Positions 51,346 to 62,460 of a stretch of 64,000 nucleotides of DNA are shown here, piece by piece. The position numbers and the translations under genes were made by a program. Origin of the DNA: Chiloscyllium plagiosum (taxonomy: Eukaryota); contig NC_057757.1 of NCBI RefSeq assembly GCF_004010195.1, forward strand, positions 1,180,033-1,244,032, given 5' to 3'. Within the stretch, counting starts at the first letter, position 1. The number at the start of each line of letters is the position of its first letter. A model generated the notes under the pieces. That model was not told where the DNA came from, ran no database searches, and worked only from the letters and a program-made list of their open reading frames with translations.

Positions 51346-54300
51346 GTAAGATAGTGGAATTAGATGACCACCAATATCTTGCCTCCTCTTGTTCTTTCCC
51401 TTTTTAGGGGAAGAGCCAGAGGATGACTACTTCCTCTTTGTTTTAATTTTTTTTGATCCTTAACTAAGAAGTTAACAATTACTACTCTTCAGGTAACCAA
51501 GCACCATTTCCTCTACTCCACCCACCTGTACTATATGCTAAAGGAACCCAGGCTGGCTATAGTGAGGACTAGTTCAGACATTGCTCTCATTGAGTGCCAT
51601 TACCCCAGGTAATACTCCCCAGCGCTGTTCTATGTTCTGGTTTTCAGTGTAAACTGGAAGTTGATGGCCTTTTCCTTCTGGTAGGAATGATGATGTCAAT
51701 AGTCAAGCTGTGTGGCCCACCTGGCTCCCCTTCAAATCTCTCTTGAAGAGAAGAGGATTTCTATCATATTCTTTGCGACAGATGAATGGTAAGGCCCACG
51801 ATGCTTGTTCTAAACTATAGCTGGAATTTTAAGCTATGATTGAGTTTAAACTGTGGTAGCTGTAACATCTTTGACTCTTTCATCCACTTTCTAGATAAGT
51901 GGGATGCAGAGCGTGTATCAAATGTCTACTATCTGGGAGAGCTCATCCATATTGAGGCCTCTGTCATGACTATAGACCATGAGCCCTTGAGACTTTATGT
52001 TGATAGCTGTGTGGCGACAGTGACTCCAGACAAGGACTCCACTCCCAGATACCAACTTATTGATTTCAATGGGTGAGGGTATGCACAGTTAGTCTTGGAT
52101 AAAGCTTGTTATTTAGTCTTACTAGTACACTGATGCATTCTGTCTACTTCCTTCCAGTTGCCTGATGGATAGTCACGCTAGTGATTCCTGTTCTTCTTTT
52201 GTGTCTCCAAGAGTTCATCAGGACAAACTCCAGATCAGCCTGTGTGCATTCAGATTCTCCAAGGGAAAGAACTTGGTAAGGTCATCTGAGTTAACACCTC
52301 TGGAGCAACGTACTATTGGGATTGTTCTCCAATTTGAAGTTGAGGGGTTTAATTGAACAGCTCAAAATTCAGGGGTTTGTCGAGCAAGGAGAAACTGTTT
52401 CACTATTCAGAAGTAGAAAGTGAGGACTGTGGGTGCTGGAGATCAGCATTGTGTGTGGTGCTGGGAAAAGCCCAAAAGTCAGGCAGTGTCCGAGGAGCAG
52501 GAGAGTTGACATTTTGGGTATAAGTTCACTATTCTGAAGCCTCTTAACCAAAGGAAACAGATCTGATCAAGAATGGAGTGGCTGAAAAGATGAGCAGCTT
52601 CAACAGTAATTTTCAAAAGCTAATTAGACTAAATTACCTACAGTATGGAAACAGGCCCTTCAGCCCAACAAGTCCACACCAGCTCTCCAAATAGTAACCC
52701 ACCCAGACCCATTCCCCTTCCCTATATTTATCCCTGACTAATGCATCTAACACTATGGGCAATTTAGCATAGTCAATTCACCTGACATCCACACCTTTTG
52801 GATTGTGGGAGGAAACCAGAGCACCTGAAGGAGACCGATGCAGACATGGGGAGAACGTGCAAACTCCACAGTCACCCGAGGCAGGAATTGAACCTGGGTC
52901 CCTGGTGCTGAGGCAACCGTGCTAACTACTGAGACACCATGCCACCCATAGATACTGGAGAGAAAAGTAAACTTACAGGACTTTACCAGTCACACATTCC
53001 TAATGTTAGCTTGCTGCTGAGAGCTGGCGTGGACTTAGTGCTATGAAGCAGTTTTTTTCTGTGCTATGTTAGTCATACTGTTGCTAGATTTGGGGAGACT
53101 TCCTGATTATGCAGATTGCTTGAGTTTAAAGGATCCTGTAATAGAGGGCGGATGGGAGTGTAACTCCACTAACACAAGTGTAGGCAGCATGTAGAGATGA
53201 TTGAGTGCTGATATAGGTGGTTAGAAGGCTTGTCCCAATCTTAAACATTGTAAAATTGCCTTAGCTGTCAGGCCCTCTGTTCAATTTGCATTATGCTACC
53301 TGCAGAGCAGCTTCTCCATTATTAACCACGGGCAGCCCCTCTGGATCTATGAAAATAAAAGTTAAAGCTTCTAACAATGTACTATTAAGGCTGAGTGTCA
53401 GAATGCCATTCATGAAACTCATAAAAATACTAAGTTCAAGAGTTTAATGTTGAAAACTTATTTTTTATTAATAATGTCAAAGTTAACCCTTCCAAGGCTT
53501 CACTAAAAATTTCAAGGCGTGAACTTAGCAGAAGGCAGAGCAAAAGCATTTTTGTAATGACCTCCGCTGTGATAACTTCAGAAAGGTCGCAAGTATCTTT
53601 CTTGAAATTGTAAGAACAGATGGTAATATGTTTCTTAATCAATATCAGATGGCTGGTCAAAGTAGTCCAATAGGGAGTGTTTGCTAAACAGTAATGGATG
53701 TGATTCACCTTTTTCAAAATCCCAGCCCTCTTCTGATCATTTCAGATAAGGATATTGAAACAGACCATGTATGTCCTCCAAAGGTGTTTGTGACAATTGT
53801 GGTTCCCACTCTTCCCATTATAGAAAGGATGTGGAAGCTTTGGAAAGGGTTCAGAGATTTATCAGGATGTTGCCTGATAGGAGGGAAGGCCTCATGAGGA
53901 AAGATTGAGGGACTTGAGGCTGTTTTTGTTAGAGGAAGGTTGAGAGGTGACTCAATTGAGACATAAGATGGAGGGTTGGAAAGGTTGGACAGTGAGAGCC
54001 TTTTTCCTCAGATGGTGATGGCTAGCATGAAGGAACATAGCTTTAAATTGAGCGGTAATAGATAGTCAGAGTAGTAGGGGCGTGGAATGCACTGCCTGCA
54101 ACAGTAGTAGACTCATAACTTTAAGGGCATTTAAACAATTATTGGATAGACATATGGTCAGAATGGAATAGTGTAGGTTAAATGGGCTTCAGATTGGTTC
54201 CACAGGTCGTTGCAACATCAAAGGGACTATACTGCACTAGAATGTTCTATGGTGTTAAGGCCCATGGAATATTGAAAATGGGCTATTTGAATGCAACACT

Positions 54301-57124
54301 AATTTCAAGTGGTCAGGCTGAGTTGTGAGGTTTCACCTGTGAGCCACACCTTGCCTGCTTCCCCCTTTGGCAAAAACGAGAGTGGTATTTTCACCTCCAG
54401 GTTCTGGTCACTATTTTGTCCCCTCCATCTAATTCTGCATGCGTCTGTCCCAAATCATCAATATTTGGGGGGAGGGAGGGATCCCATGCAATGGGAGCCA
54501 TCACGTTTGAGTTGGATGTGTTGTCTAAATTACCACAAACCACTGTTTGGCCACTTACATTTCACTATCAAATACTGAAACATTATTTAAATGTTTCACA
54601 TAGCAAACAAGACCCTTCAAGTTGGCAAGTTAAGCCTCATAATTCTGCATAACTATTGCATAAATGTGTGCTACATATATACCTTCCTCCAGATCATTTA
54701 TGTATAGATAGTCATCTGCAAACTTGCTAATCAGACCAAGATTGGCAGAGTAGCAGCTAGTGAAGGGACTGTCTGAATACAGCAGAACATAGATTGGAGA
54801 GTTGGGTGGAGAAATGGCAGATGGAGTTAAATTTGGGCAAATGAGGTGATGCATTTTGGAAGATCCAATTCAAGAGCGAACTAGACAGAAAAAGTCTGGG
54901 AGGGAGATTATGGAGAGAGATCTGGGTGTTCAGGTCCATTGTTCCCTGGTGGCAACACTCGTCATTAGTAGTCAAAAAGCATATGGCATGCTTTCCTTCC
55001 TTGGACGGGGTATTGAGTACAAGAGTTGGCAGGTCATGTTACAGTTGTATAGGACTTTGGTTTGGCCACATCTGGAATACTGTGTATAATTCTGGTCACT
55101 GTATTCCAAAGCGTCCACCTCCTTTTTGGTGGAGGGTGCAGAGGAGGTTCACCAGGATGTTGCCTGGTATGGAGGGTGCTAGCTATGAAGAGGTTGAGTA
55201 GATTAGATTTCTTTCATTAGAAAGATGGAGTTGGGGGGGGGGGGTGAAATCCTGATTTGAGGTCTACAAAATCATGAGGTATAGGCAGGGTGGATGGCAA
55301 GAAGCTTTTTCCCAGAATGGGGGACTCCATTACTAGGAGAAAGTGAGGTCTGCAGACGCTGGAGATGTGCCCGAAACGTCGAATCTTCTGTTCCCTAGAT
55401 GCTGCCTGACCTGCTGTGCTGTTCCAGCAATAAAGTTTCAGACTCCATTACTAGCATCACATCTTCAAAGTAAGAGGGGAAAATTTAAGGGAGGTATGGT
55501 GGAAATTCTTTAGACATTGCTAATGCAGGTGGGCACGATAGCATCATTCTAATGTATCTAGACAGATACATGAATGGGCAAGGAGCAGAGGGAAACAGAT
55601 CCTTAGAAAATAAGGTGACAAGTTTAGATGAGGATCTGGATTGGTGCAGGGTTGGTGGGCTGAAGGGCCTGTTCTTGTGATGTAATTTTCTTTGCCACTT
55701 AATTGGTTAATAGAACATTTAGCTAGGAGTCCAACCAACAGTGTCTGTCTTGATGTTCAGAGTTTGATACTTGTGTAGTGTTCTTGAGCTTCTGCTACTG
55801 AAGACTCCTGAACTGATTACTTATTGGAGTTTTGTCTTGTAATGTTAGTGACATTGTTGATCCTTTAGATTCATTCATCTACAGCATTCATTTAAACTTC
55901 TGGAGTTAAGTCCAGACCTTGATAGCTTCTCTTCTTTGTTACATTTGGCATTGACTCTGTTCACAATGCAATTTTCCAGGAATTAATCCCTTTGCAGAAG
56001 GAATGTCTGGAGGTAATCTGAATTGTCCATTTGACATGTGGCAGCAGGTTATCAAGCAGTTACCACCTCTCCCCCCATCAGCTTGCTTCCCCTCCCTCAT
56101 CCCACAATGGTTAATTAGCATACTGTCCTTAGGCAATTTCTCCTTGTCCTTTTTTGTCTCTGGAAAGTTTATTTCAGAATGTTATTGCTGATTCTTTTAA
56201 TCTGAATAGTTAATGTTAAGTCTACAGTATCACAGATGGCCTCTGATTTGAGACTTCCATTGCAGATTTTCATCACCTGTAATTTAAAAGTCACTGAGAT
56301 AGATGGAGTACCAGATTCAGTCAACAAAGCTTGTTTCTTCCAAAAACTGGACAACGAGTAAGTGCCTTACCTTTAGCTTCTCTGCAAATTACTGATGGCA
56401 AGCTGAGAAATTTCCCTTTTCTATAGGTGGATGCCTGTTGAGGGATTGAATGAAATTTGTCGATGCTGTGACCATGGGAACTGCAGAGGTAGCAGAAGAA
56501 ATGTTCTCTTTCAGCAGAGAGCAGCTGGTATGTATTCCTGGGGGCAAATTATTTTGCTGGCTTACCTTGCTGTTTCAAGTTAACTTTCACTTGATGGCTG
56601 ATGGTTTAATCTGAGTTGTTGTACCTTTGGTAAGGTTGAGAAGGCATCTCTTATGGATAATAATTGTCACTCTGCATTGCCAAACCTGTCATCCAGCCAA
56701 CTGGCTCCCAACTTCATGTTGGATTGATGAACACTTTAGCATTTCAACTGTTAAATGTCATGTATAAACACTGTTGTTTAGTGTCTCTGTCTCAGGAAGA
56801 CCAACTAAGGAAGGCAGGTGAAATTCAGATGGGACCCTTGGTAATCCTGGCTTCTAGAATGCAAAGAGAAAACCAGAATATATCAAATGGGCAAGGAACT
56901 CCTGAGCACAGTAAGGATCTAGAATCACCTGGCTTACTTGAACCTTCCCTGTATTAAGAGCTAACCAATGATTTTTTTTTTCCCTTTTCCCAGATGGTGT
57001 GGACCTGATGATTGTAGTGGGAGTCGTGGGGGCTGTGGCTCTGCTGCTGTCAGCCTTGGTGGTAGGGGGAGTTGTAATCTGTGGATCTCTGACTATTAAC
57101 AAGCTGGTCAAGCCCTCCATTTAG
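50983..57124 (+). CDS. zp3: Zona pellucida sperm-binding protein 3-like gene, 9 coding exons, 1332 nt / 443 aa
   Basis: join(50983-51345,51493-51608,51685-51788,51895-52072,52158-52275,56266-56357,56427-56527,56782-56910,56994-57124); all introns GT-AG with matching phases and no internal stop; IECHYPR, PTWLPF, DSCVAT, NGCLMD, ITCNLK, NKACFF, ICRCCDHGNC, EHP GPLVIL, C-terminal TM. Confidence 0.93.
51493..51608 (+). CDS. zp3: ZP3-like exon 2
   Basis: VTKHHFLYSTHLYY...IVRT...IECHYP; ttcag / gtaata. Confidence 0.92.
51685..51788 (+). CDS. zp3: ZP3-like exon 3
   Basis: NDDVNSQAVWPTWLPF...YSLRQMN; tag / gtaagg. Confidence 0.92.
51895..52072 (+). CDS. zp3: ZP3-like exon 4
   Basis: WDAERVSNVYYLGELIHIEASV...LYVDSCVAT...IDFN. 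Confidence 0.95.
52158..52275 (+). CDS. zp3: ZP3-like exon 5
   Basis: CLMDSHASDSCSSFVSPR...KLQISLCAFRF; ttccag / gtaagg. Confidence 0.93.
52414..52524. mobile_element. Penelope-derived short element (family A) in zp3 intron 5
   Basis: TSD TTCACTATTC(A/T)GAAG on both sides. Confidence 0.8.
52625..52948 (-). mobile_element. HE1 V-SINE in zp3 intron 5
   Basis: Family motifs. Confidence 0.88.
53815..54250 (+). mobile_element. CR1 3' fragment in zp3 intron 5
   Basis: Closely resembles 4380-4870. Confidence 0.85.
54675..55690 (+). mobile_element. CR1 fragment with inverted 5' piece and a nested Penelope mini-hairpin (55337-55440)
   Basis: LYRTLVWPHLEYCV; TSD GACTCCATTACTAG at 55323-55336 and 55441-55454. 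Confidence 0.85.
56266..56357 (+). CDS. zp3: ZP3-like exon 6
   Basis: IFITCNLKVT...PDSVNKACFF; tgcag / gtaagt. Confidence 0.94.
56427..56527 (+). CDS. zp3: ZP3-like exon 7
   Basis: WMPVEGLNEICRCCDHGNC (ZP3-specific Cys cluster). Confidence 0.94.
56782..56910 (+). CDS. zp3: ZP3-like exon 8 (EHP)
   Basis: VSLSQEDQLRKAGEIQMGPLVIL; acceptor chosen by phase (a nearby cag at 56795 is out of frame). Confidence 0.75.
56994..57124 (+). CDS. zp3: ZP3-like exon 9 (transmembrane segment, stop)
   Basis: Strong polypyrimidine acceptor; LMIVVGVVGAVALLLSALVVGGVVICG; TAG at 57122-57124. Confidence 0.88.
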
Positions 57125-57272
57125 CCCTGGGCTTGAATTAACCTGAGCAAACCAAGACGAAGCAAGTTTCTGCAATGGACGAGCTGTCATAGATATCACT
57201 CACGCTGTATCTGGAATGTCTGACCTCTGCCACTTGTACAAGTGGCAATGTCATTTTAAATGTAAAATGTTA

Positions 57273-57278
57273 ATTAAA
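57273..57278 (+). terminator. Candidate polyadenylation signal ATTAAA for zp3
   Basis: About 150 nt after the stop, followed by T/GT-rich sequence. Confidence 0.5.
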
Positions 57279-57827
57279 TGTTGCTCTTTTTGGAAGACTG
57301 ACAGTTCTTTTGGCCAGTGTAGATGTCATGGGTTGAATGGTCTTTGGTTTCTTCCATGGTTCTGTGGCCTACAGAACATGTACTTTTTTTACTACAACAC
57401 TTGCTGACTGGGTTTTCTTTAACTTGTGCTGAGATAAACTTGGAGATACCATTCAGCGCAAGCTTTTATTCAGTACTTGGAACACAGCACAGATGATGTG
57501 GCTGAAAAATCCCATACAGTCACCGCTTTGTCGATCAGATGCAGAGGAGGAACCAGAACCTGTTTGAGCTCTGAGCTGCTTGCTGCAGTAGACTACCCTG
57601 AAGTGACCATTGCAGGTGCAACTTTACACATTGGTAGCTGGGTAAACTTTGCAGTGGGCTAAATGGTGCAAGTACAAGATATTGTTGGCTGTGCTGCTGC
57701 CTTCTAGGAGCAGGGGTCATCTATTCCAGCCTGATCCACCATTCAATACAATAGTGTCTCATTGTCTTACTCAGCTCCTGCTTTTGGTCCATTCTGTTTA
57801 ATACCTTTTTAAACCTCAGTGATATGA

Positions 57828-58143
57828 TTAGGTTAGGTTCCCTATAGTGTGGAAACAGGCCCATCGGCCCAACAAGTCCACACTGACCAGCCAAAGAGTA
57901 ACCCACGCAGACCCATTTTCTCCTCCTATATATTTACCCCAACTAATGGGGAACTTAGCATGGCCAATTCACCTGGCAAACATATATCTTTGGATTATGG
58001 GAGGAAACTGGAACACCTAGAGGAAACCCATGCAGACACTGGGAGAATGTGCAGTGTTTGCACAGTCATCCAATGTGGGAATTTAAACCTGGGTTCCTGG
58101 TGCTGAGGCAGTAGTGTTAACCACTGAGCCACCATGCTGCCCT
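57828..58143 (-). mobile_element. HE1 V-SINE
   Basis: Family motifs. Confidence 0.85.
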
Positions 58144-58149
58144 CTATCT

Positions 58150-60860
58150 AACCCTTATTGAAAGTAGTGGTTTAGACTCTATTACTCTGATAAAATTTCA
58201 CAGGATCACTATTGGAGAAGAACGTTCTCAATCCTAAATAGCCTGCCCAGATCATTCCACAAAACATTTGCATTTTTGTTGTATGCTGGCTGTGGTTTCA
58301 CCAGGTCCCTGCAGCAAGGTGTCCCTGTTCTTGTATTCCAATCCTCTTGCTAGGAAGGCCAGGAAATCATTCACCTTTTATCCAGTGCTCCTGCATACTT
58401 CCTTTTGGTAATGGTGTACAAGGGTATTCTGGTAGTGTTGCCCTATCTCTTTCCTAATCTGTTGCCATTTTGGAAAATTGCTTTTCTGTGTTGCTGCCAA
58501 AGTGGATAACTGCCCATATGTACACATTATACACCAACTCTGAGTATTTGCTCACTCTCTCAACATGTCTAACTCACACTGAAGCATCTCTGCATCTTGC
58601 TCACAGTTCAACCTTCCATCCAGCTTTGTGTTGGCTGCAAATATGAAAGTATTACCTTTTTTGCTGTTCTCGTCTGGGGGTCCAAGCACCGATCCCTGTT
58701 GTCCCACCTTGTGGCTGGCTCTCATGCAGTAAATGACCTGTTCCCTTCCTGCCAGTTAGTTCTTAACAAACATCAGTATGTTGCCCCCAATCAGTGTTTT
58801 AATTTTAAATGTTGGACACCTGTTTGTGACCTTGTCAAACTCCTGGCAATAAGTAAACTGCATCCACTAGTTTTTCCTCTGACTAACTCTACTAGTTACA
58901 GCCTCTATTTCCAGTGATTTATCAAGCATGATTTCCCTTGTGTACATCCATGCTAATTCTGTCCAATCCTGTCACTTTTCCAACTGCTTCGCTATTAATC
59001 CATTGTAATGGACTCTGGCATTTTCTCTACTGATGGCAGGTTAACCAGCCTATAATTCCCTAACTTTTCTTCCTGCCTTTTTTAAATAGTAGGGTTACAT
59101 TAGCCAACTGTGTAGGTACCGTTATAGAGTCTTGGAGGGTGACCCACTAATGCATCTATTTATTTCTAGGGCCACTCTGGAATGTAGATTCAGGCCCTAA
59201 GAATTTGGCCTTTAATCCCATTACTTTCCCAACCGTTTCTGTACTAACTGATTTCCTTCAGTTCCCCTTTAGATCTAGTATTCAAAATGTTTTGGATGTT
59301 ATTCGTTATAGTCAATCGTACAGCACGAAAACTGACTCTTTGGTCCAACCAGTCCATCCTGACCATAGTCCCACACTAAACTAGTCTCACCAGCCTGCAC
59401 CTGGTCCACATCCCTCCAAACCCTTCCTACTAATGTAATTATCAAGATGTCTCTTAAATGTTGTAACTGTACATGCATCTGGGTGGCACAGTGGTTAGCA
59501 CCGCTGCATCACAGCGCCCAAGACCCGGGTTCAGTTCCCGCCTCAGGCGACTGTCTGTGTGGAGTTTGCACGTTCTCCCCGTGTCTGCGTGGGTTTCCTC
59601 CGGGTGCTCCGGTTTCCTCCCACAGTCCAAAGATGTGCAGGTCAGGTGAATTGGCCAGGCTAAATTGTCCCATAGTGTTAGGTAAGGGGTAAATGTAGGG
59701 GTATGGGTGGGTTGCGCTTCGGCGGGGCGGTGTGGACTTGTTGGGCCGAAGGGCCTGTTTCCACACTGTAAGTAATCTAATCTAATCTGCCATTTCCTCT
59801 GGCACTTAATTCCACACATAAACCACTAGGGGGCATGTTTTCTCCTCATGTCCTTTTTTAAATCTTTCTCTCATTAAATATGCGTCGGAGTCTTGAAATC
59901 CCCCATTCTAGGGAAGTGACACTTGTTCACTTTATATATACATACCTCAAATTTTATAAATGTGTTCTGCTTTGTAAAGATGACAAAATATACTAACTTT
60001 ATTCCCCATCCAACACCAACATGACTTCCACTAACCTCTCTTCCTGTTCACATAAAAAAGCTTCTCTAAGTATGCTCCCTGCAAGCTCTCACTTAGCTGA
60101 TTTTCTTTTCAATCACACCTTCTGTTAAATTCTAAACTGTTCCCAGCCCTCAGGTCTGCTCTCTTTGGCCAATTTGTATGCCCTTTCCTTGGATTAAAGT
60201 GTCCCTAGTTTCCCTTGATGGCTGTGCTATAGCCACCTTCTCTATTTCATATATGCTAAACAGATGACCAATCACTGCAGGTCTACCATGCACTCTAAAC
60301 GTTTGCTGTTGCCCATTTGCCATCATCCCTTAACTAATGATCCCAATCTATCATAAACAGCTTATGCCTCATAATGCACATAGATGTCGTCTCCTGCTTA
60401 GGTTCAGGGCCATTGTCTCAGAATCCACTGTCATAGTCCATGTTAATGAAAGTTTGTGATAATATATCAATCTGTAATGAGCCCTTCAACAAAATTGCTG
60501 ACTATTCCTTTCTCACTGTACAATGTGAAGACTTGTTTTTGAGTTGCTTCCTCAACATATTGGTGCAGAAAAGCATCCAATGCACATGTCAAAAATTTCT
60601 TTTCTATGGCATGCTTTTACTGATTTGATTTGTCTTGATACATTTGTAGATTAAGTCACTCAAATATTACCTTTATTGCTGTGGCTCTAATTAATACCTT
60701 CCCCACCATTGCTCTCACTTTCTGCCCCTTGATGTTTGGAAGCTCTACCCATACAGATTCAACTTCACTGGAGCTAATCTTTTCTCATGACAGTATTAAT
60801 GTCTTTAACCAGCAATGCTATCCCAACTCCTTTCCCTCCTGTTCCTGAAAACCATAGATA
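58150..60860 (-). mobile_element. Very old CR1 remnants
   Basis: Degenerate RT motifs on the minus strand (e.g. ATCAAGCATGATTTCCCTT, CCAGCCTATAATTCCC). Confidence 0.55.
59481..59787 (+). mobile_element. HE1 V-SINE, young
   Basis: Nearly the same as 7346-7664. Confidence 0.95.
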
Positions 60861-62249
60861 TTCAGTTATCCATCTGGTTCACTAATGTTCTTTAGGGAAG
60901 GAAACTGCCATCTTACCTGGAGTCAATAAGGACTGCAAGATGCTGGAAACGAGAGTCAATAGATCTGGAGCTGGAGAAGCGCAGCAGGTCAGACCACATC
61001 AGAGCAAGCATGTTGGGCTGGAACCCTTCATCAGGTCCTGGTGAAGGGTCATTGCCTGTCCTGCTTTGATGCTAATCTGACCTGTGTTTCTGCAGCTCCA
61101 CATCTATTGCCATCCTCCCTGGTCTGGCCAAATGAGACTATACAGCCACTGCAAATGGTTGACTCTTAAGTGCCTGATTTGGGATGGGCAGTAAATATTG
61201 GCCTTGCCATTGACATCCTCATCCTGTGACTAAATAAGAAAGAGTTCCCATTCCTGGTCACCCTATAACCACGACTCTGTAATCCTAACTATATCTTTTT
61301 ATATCCATTTACAAAACTAATTCATTCACTTTATTACAAATGCTCTGTGCATAATGCCTTGACATTTACTCCTGTTCCCATTATTTAGCACTGGCTTGAA
61401 TTATCTGCCGATTACTTTATTTCCCATTCTCGTTATGCAACATGGAAACAGACCCTTCAGTCCAACTTATCCATGCTGACCAAATTTCCCCAACTAGACT
61501 TAGTCCCATATGTCTGTTTGGCTCCTATCCCTTTCCTATTCATGCACCTGTCCAAATGTCTTTCGATGTTGTACATGTACCTGCATCTACCACTTCCTCT
61601 GGCAGTTCGTTTCACATACGGACCCCTGTGTGTGGAAAAAGCTGCCCCCTAAGGTCCCTTTTAAAGTGAATAGTGGACAAGCTTTGGGGTGTCAGGAGGC
61701 AAGTTTCCTCCTGCAGGATTCCTCGCCACAGACCTGCTCTTGAAGCCACTGTATGTGTGGCCAGTTGACTCTGTTTCTGGTTAATGGTAATCTCAGGGTG
61801 GTGTTAGTGGGGAGTTCAGTGATGGTAATACCACTAATTATAAAAAAAATGCAAAAGTTAGATTCTCATTGAAAATGGTATGTGCGGCATGAATCTTATC
61901 TGCCACTTGTAATCCCAGCCCTAGATGTTGTTCAGGTTTTGCAACATTTTTATCATGCGCAGCTTCAGTATCTGAACAGTTGCAAATGGTGCTGAGCATT
62001 GCAATCATCAGCAAACATCCCCCACTTCTGATCATCTCGTGAAGAGAATTGTACTGAGTCACAGTGGAAAGCTTTGCCTTGCAAGCAATACAGGCAGATC
62101 ACATAGTTAAGTAGCATAGATAGGAAATAATAGGTAAACAGTGACAAAAACAAAAACACAAGTAAAAGCGAATGTTAAGAGTTTGAATCCATTCAGTATT
62201 CTAACAACAATAGAGTGGAAACTGTTGCAAAACTGGTTGGTATGTGTGT

Positions 62250-62460
62250 TCAGAGCTGAAAATGTGTTGCTGGAAAAGCGCAGCAGGTCAGGCAGCATCC
62301 AGGGAACAGGAGAATCGACGTTTCGGGCATAAGCCCTTCTTCAGGCTTATGCCCGAAACGTCGATTCTCCTGTTCCCTGGATGCTGCCTGACCTGCTGCG
62401 CTTTTCCAGCAACACATTTTCAGCTCTGATCTCCAGCATCTGCAGACCTCACTTTCTCCT
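62250..62460. mobile_element. Penelope-derived perfect hairpin (family A)
   Basis: 86-bp perfect inverted arms 62250-62335 / 62344-62429; GTGTGTTCAG duplicated at the flanks. Confidence 0.92.
62314..62345 (-). ncRNA. Minimal hammerhead core motif
   Basis: Reverse complement C CTGAAGA AGGGC-ttat-GCCC GAAAC GTC GAT; stem I weak. Confidence 0.65.

Noticed and set aside
53436..53717. ORF or nested gene in zp3 intron 5
   Set aside because: AT-rich, with no motif or splice support
57465..57720. Minus-strand AATAAA suggesting a convergent gene 3' end
   Set aside because: A single hexamer, with no upstream exons identifiable in the remaining TE-filled sequence
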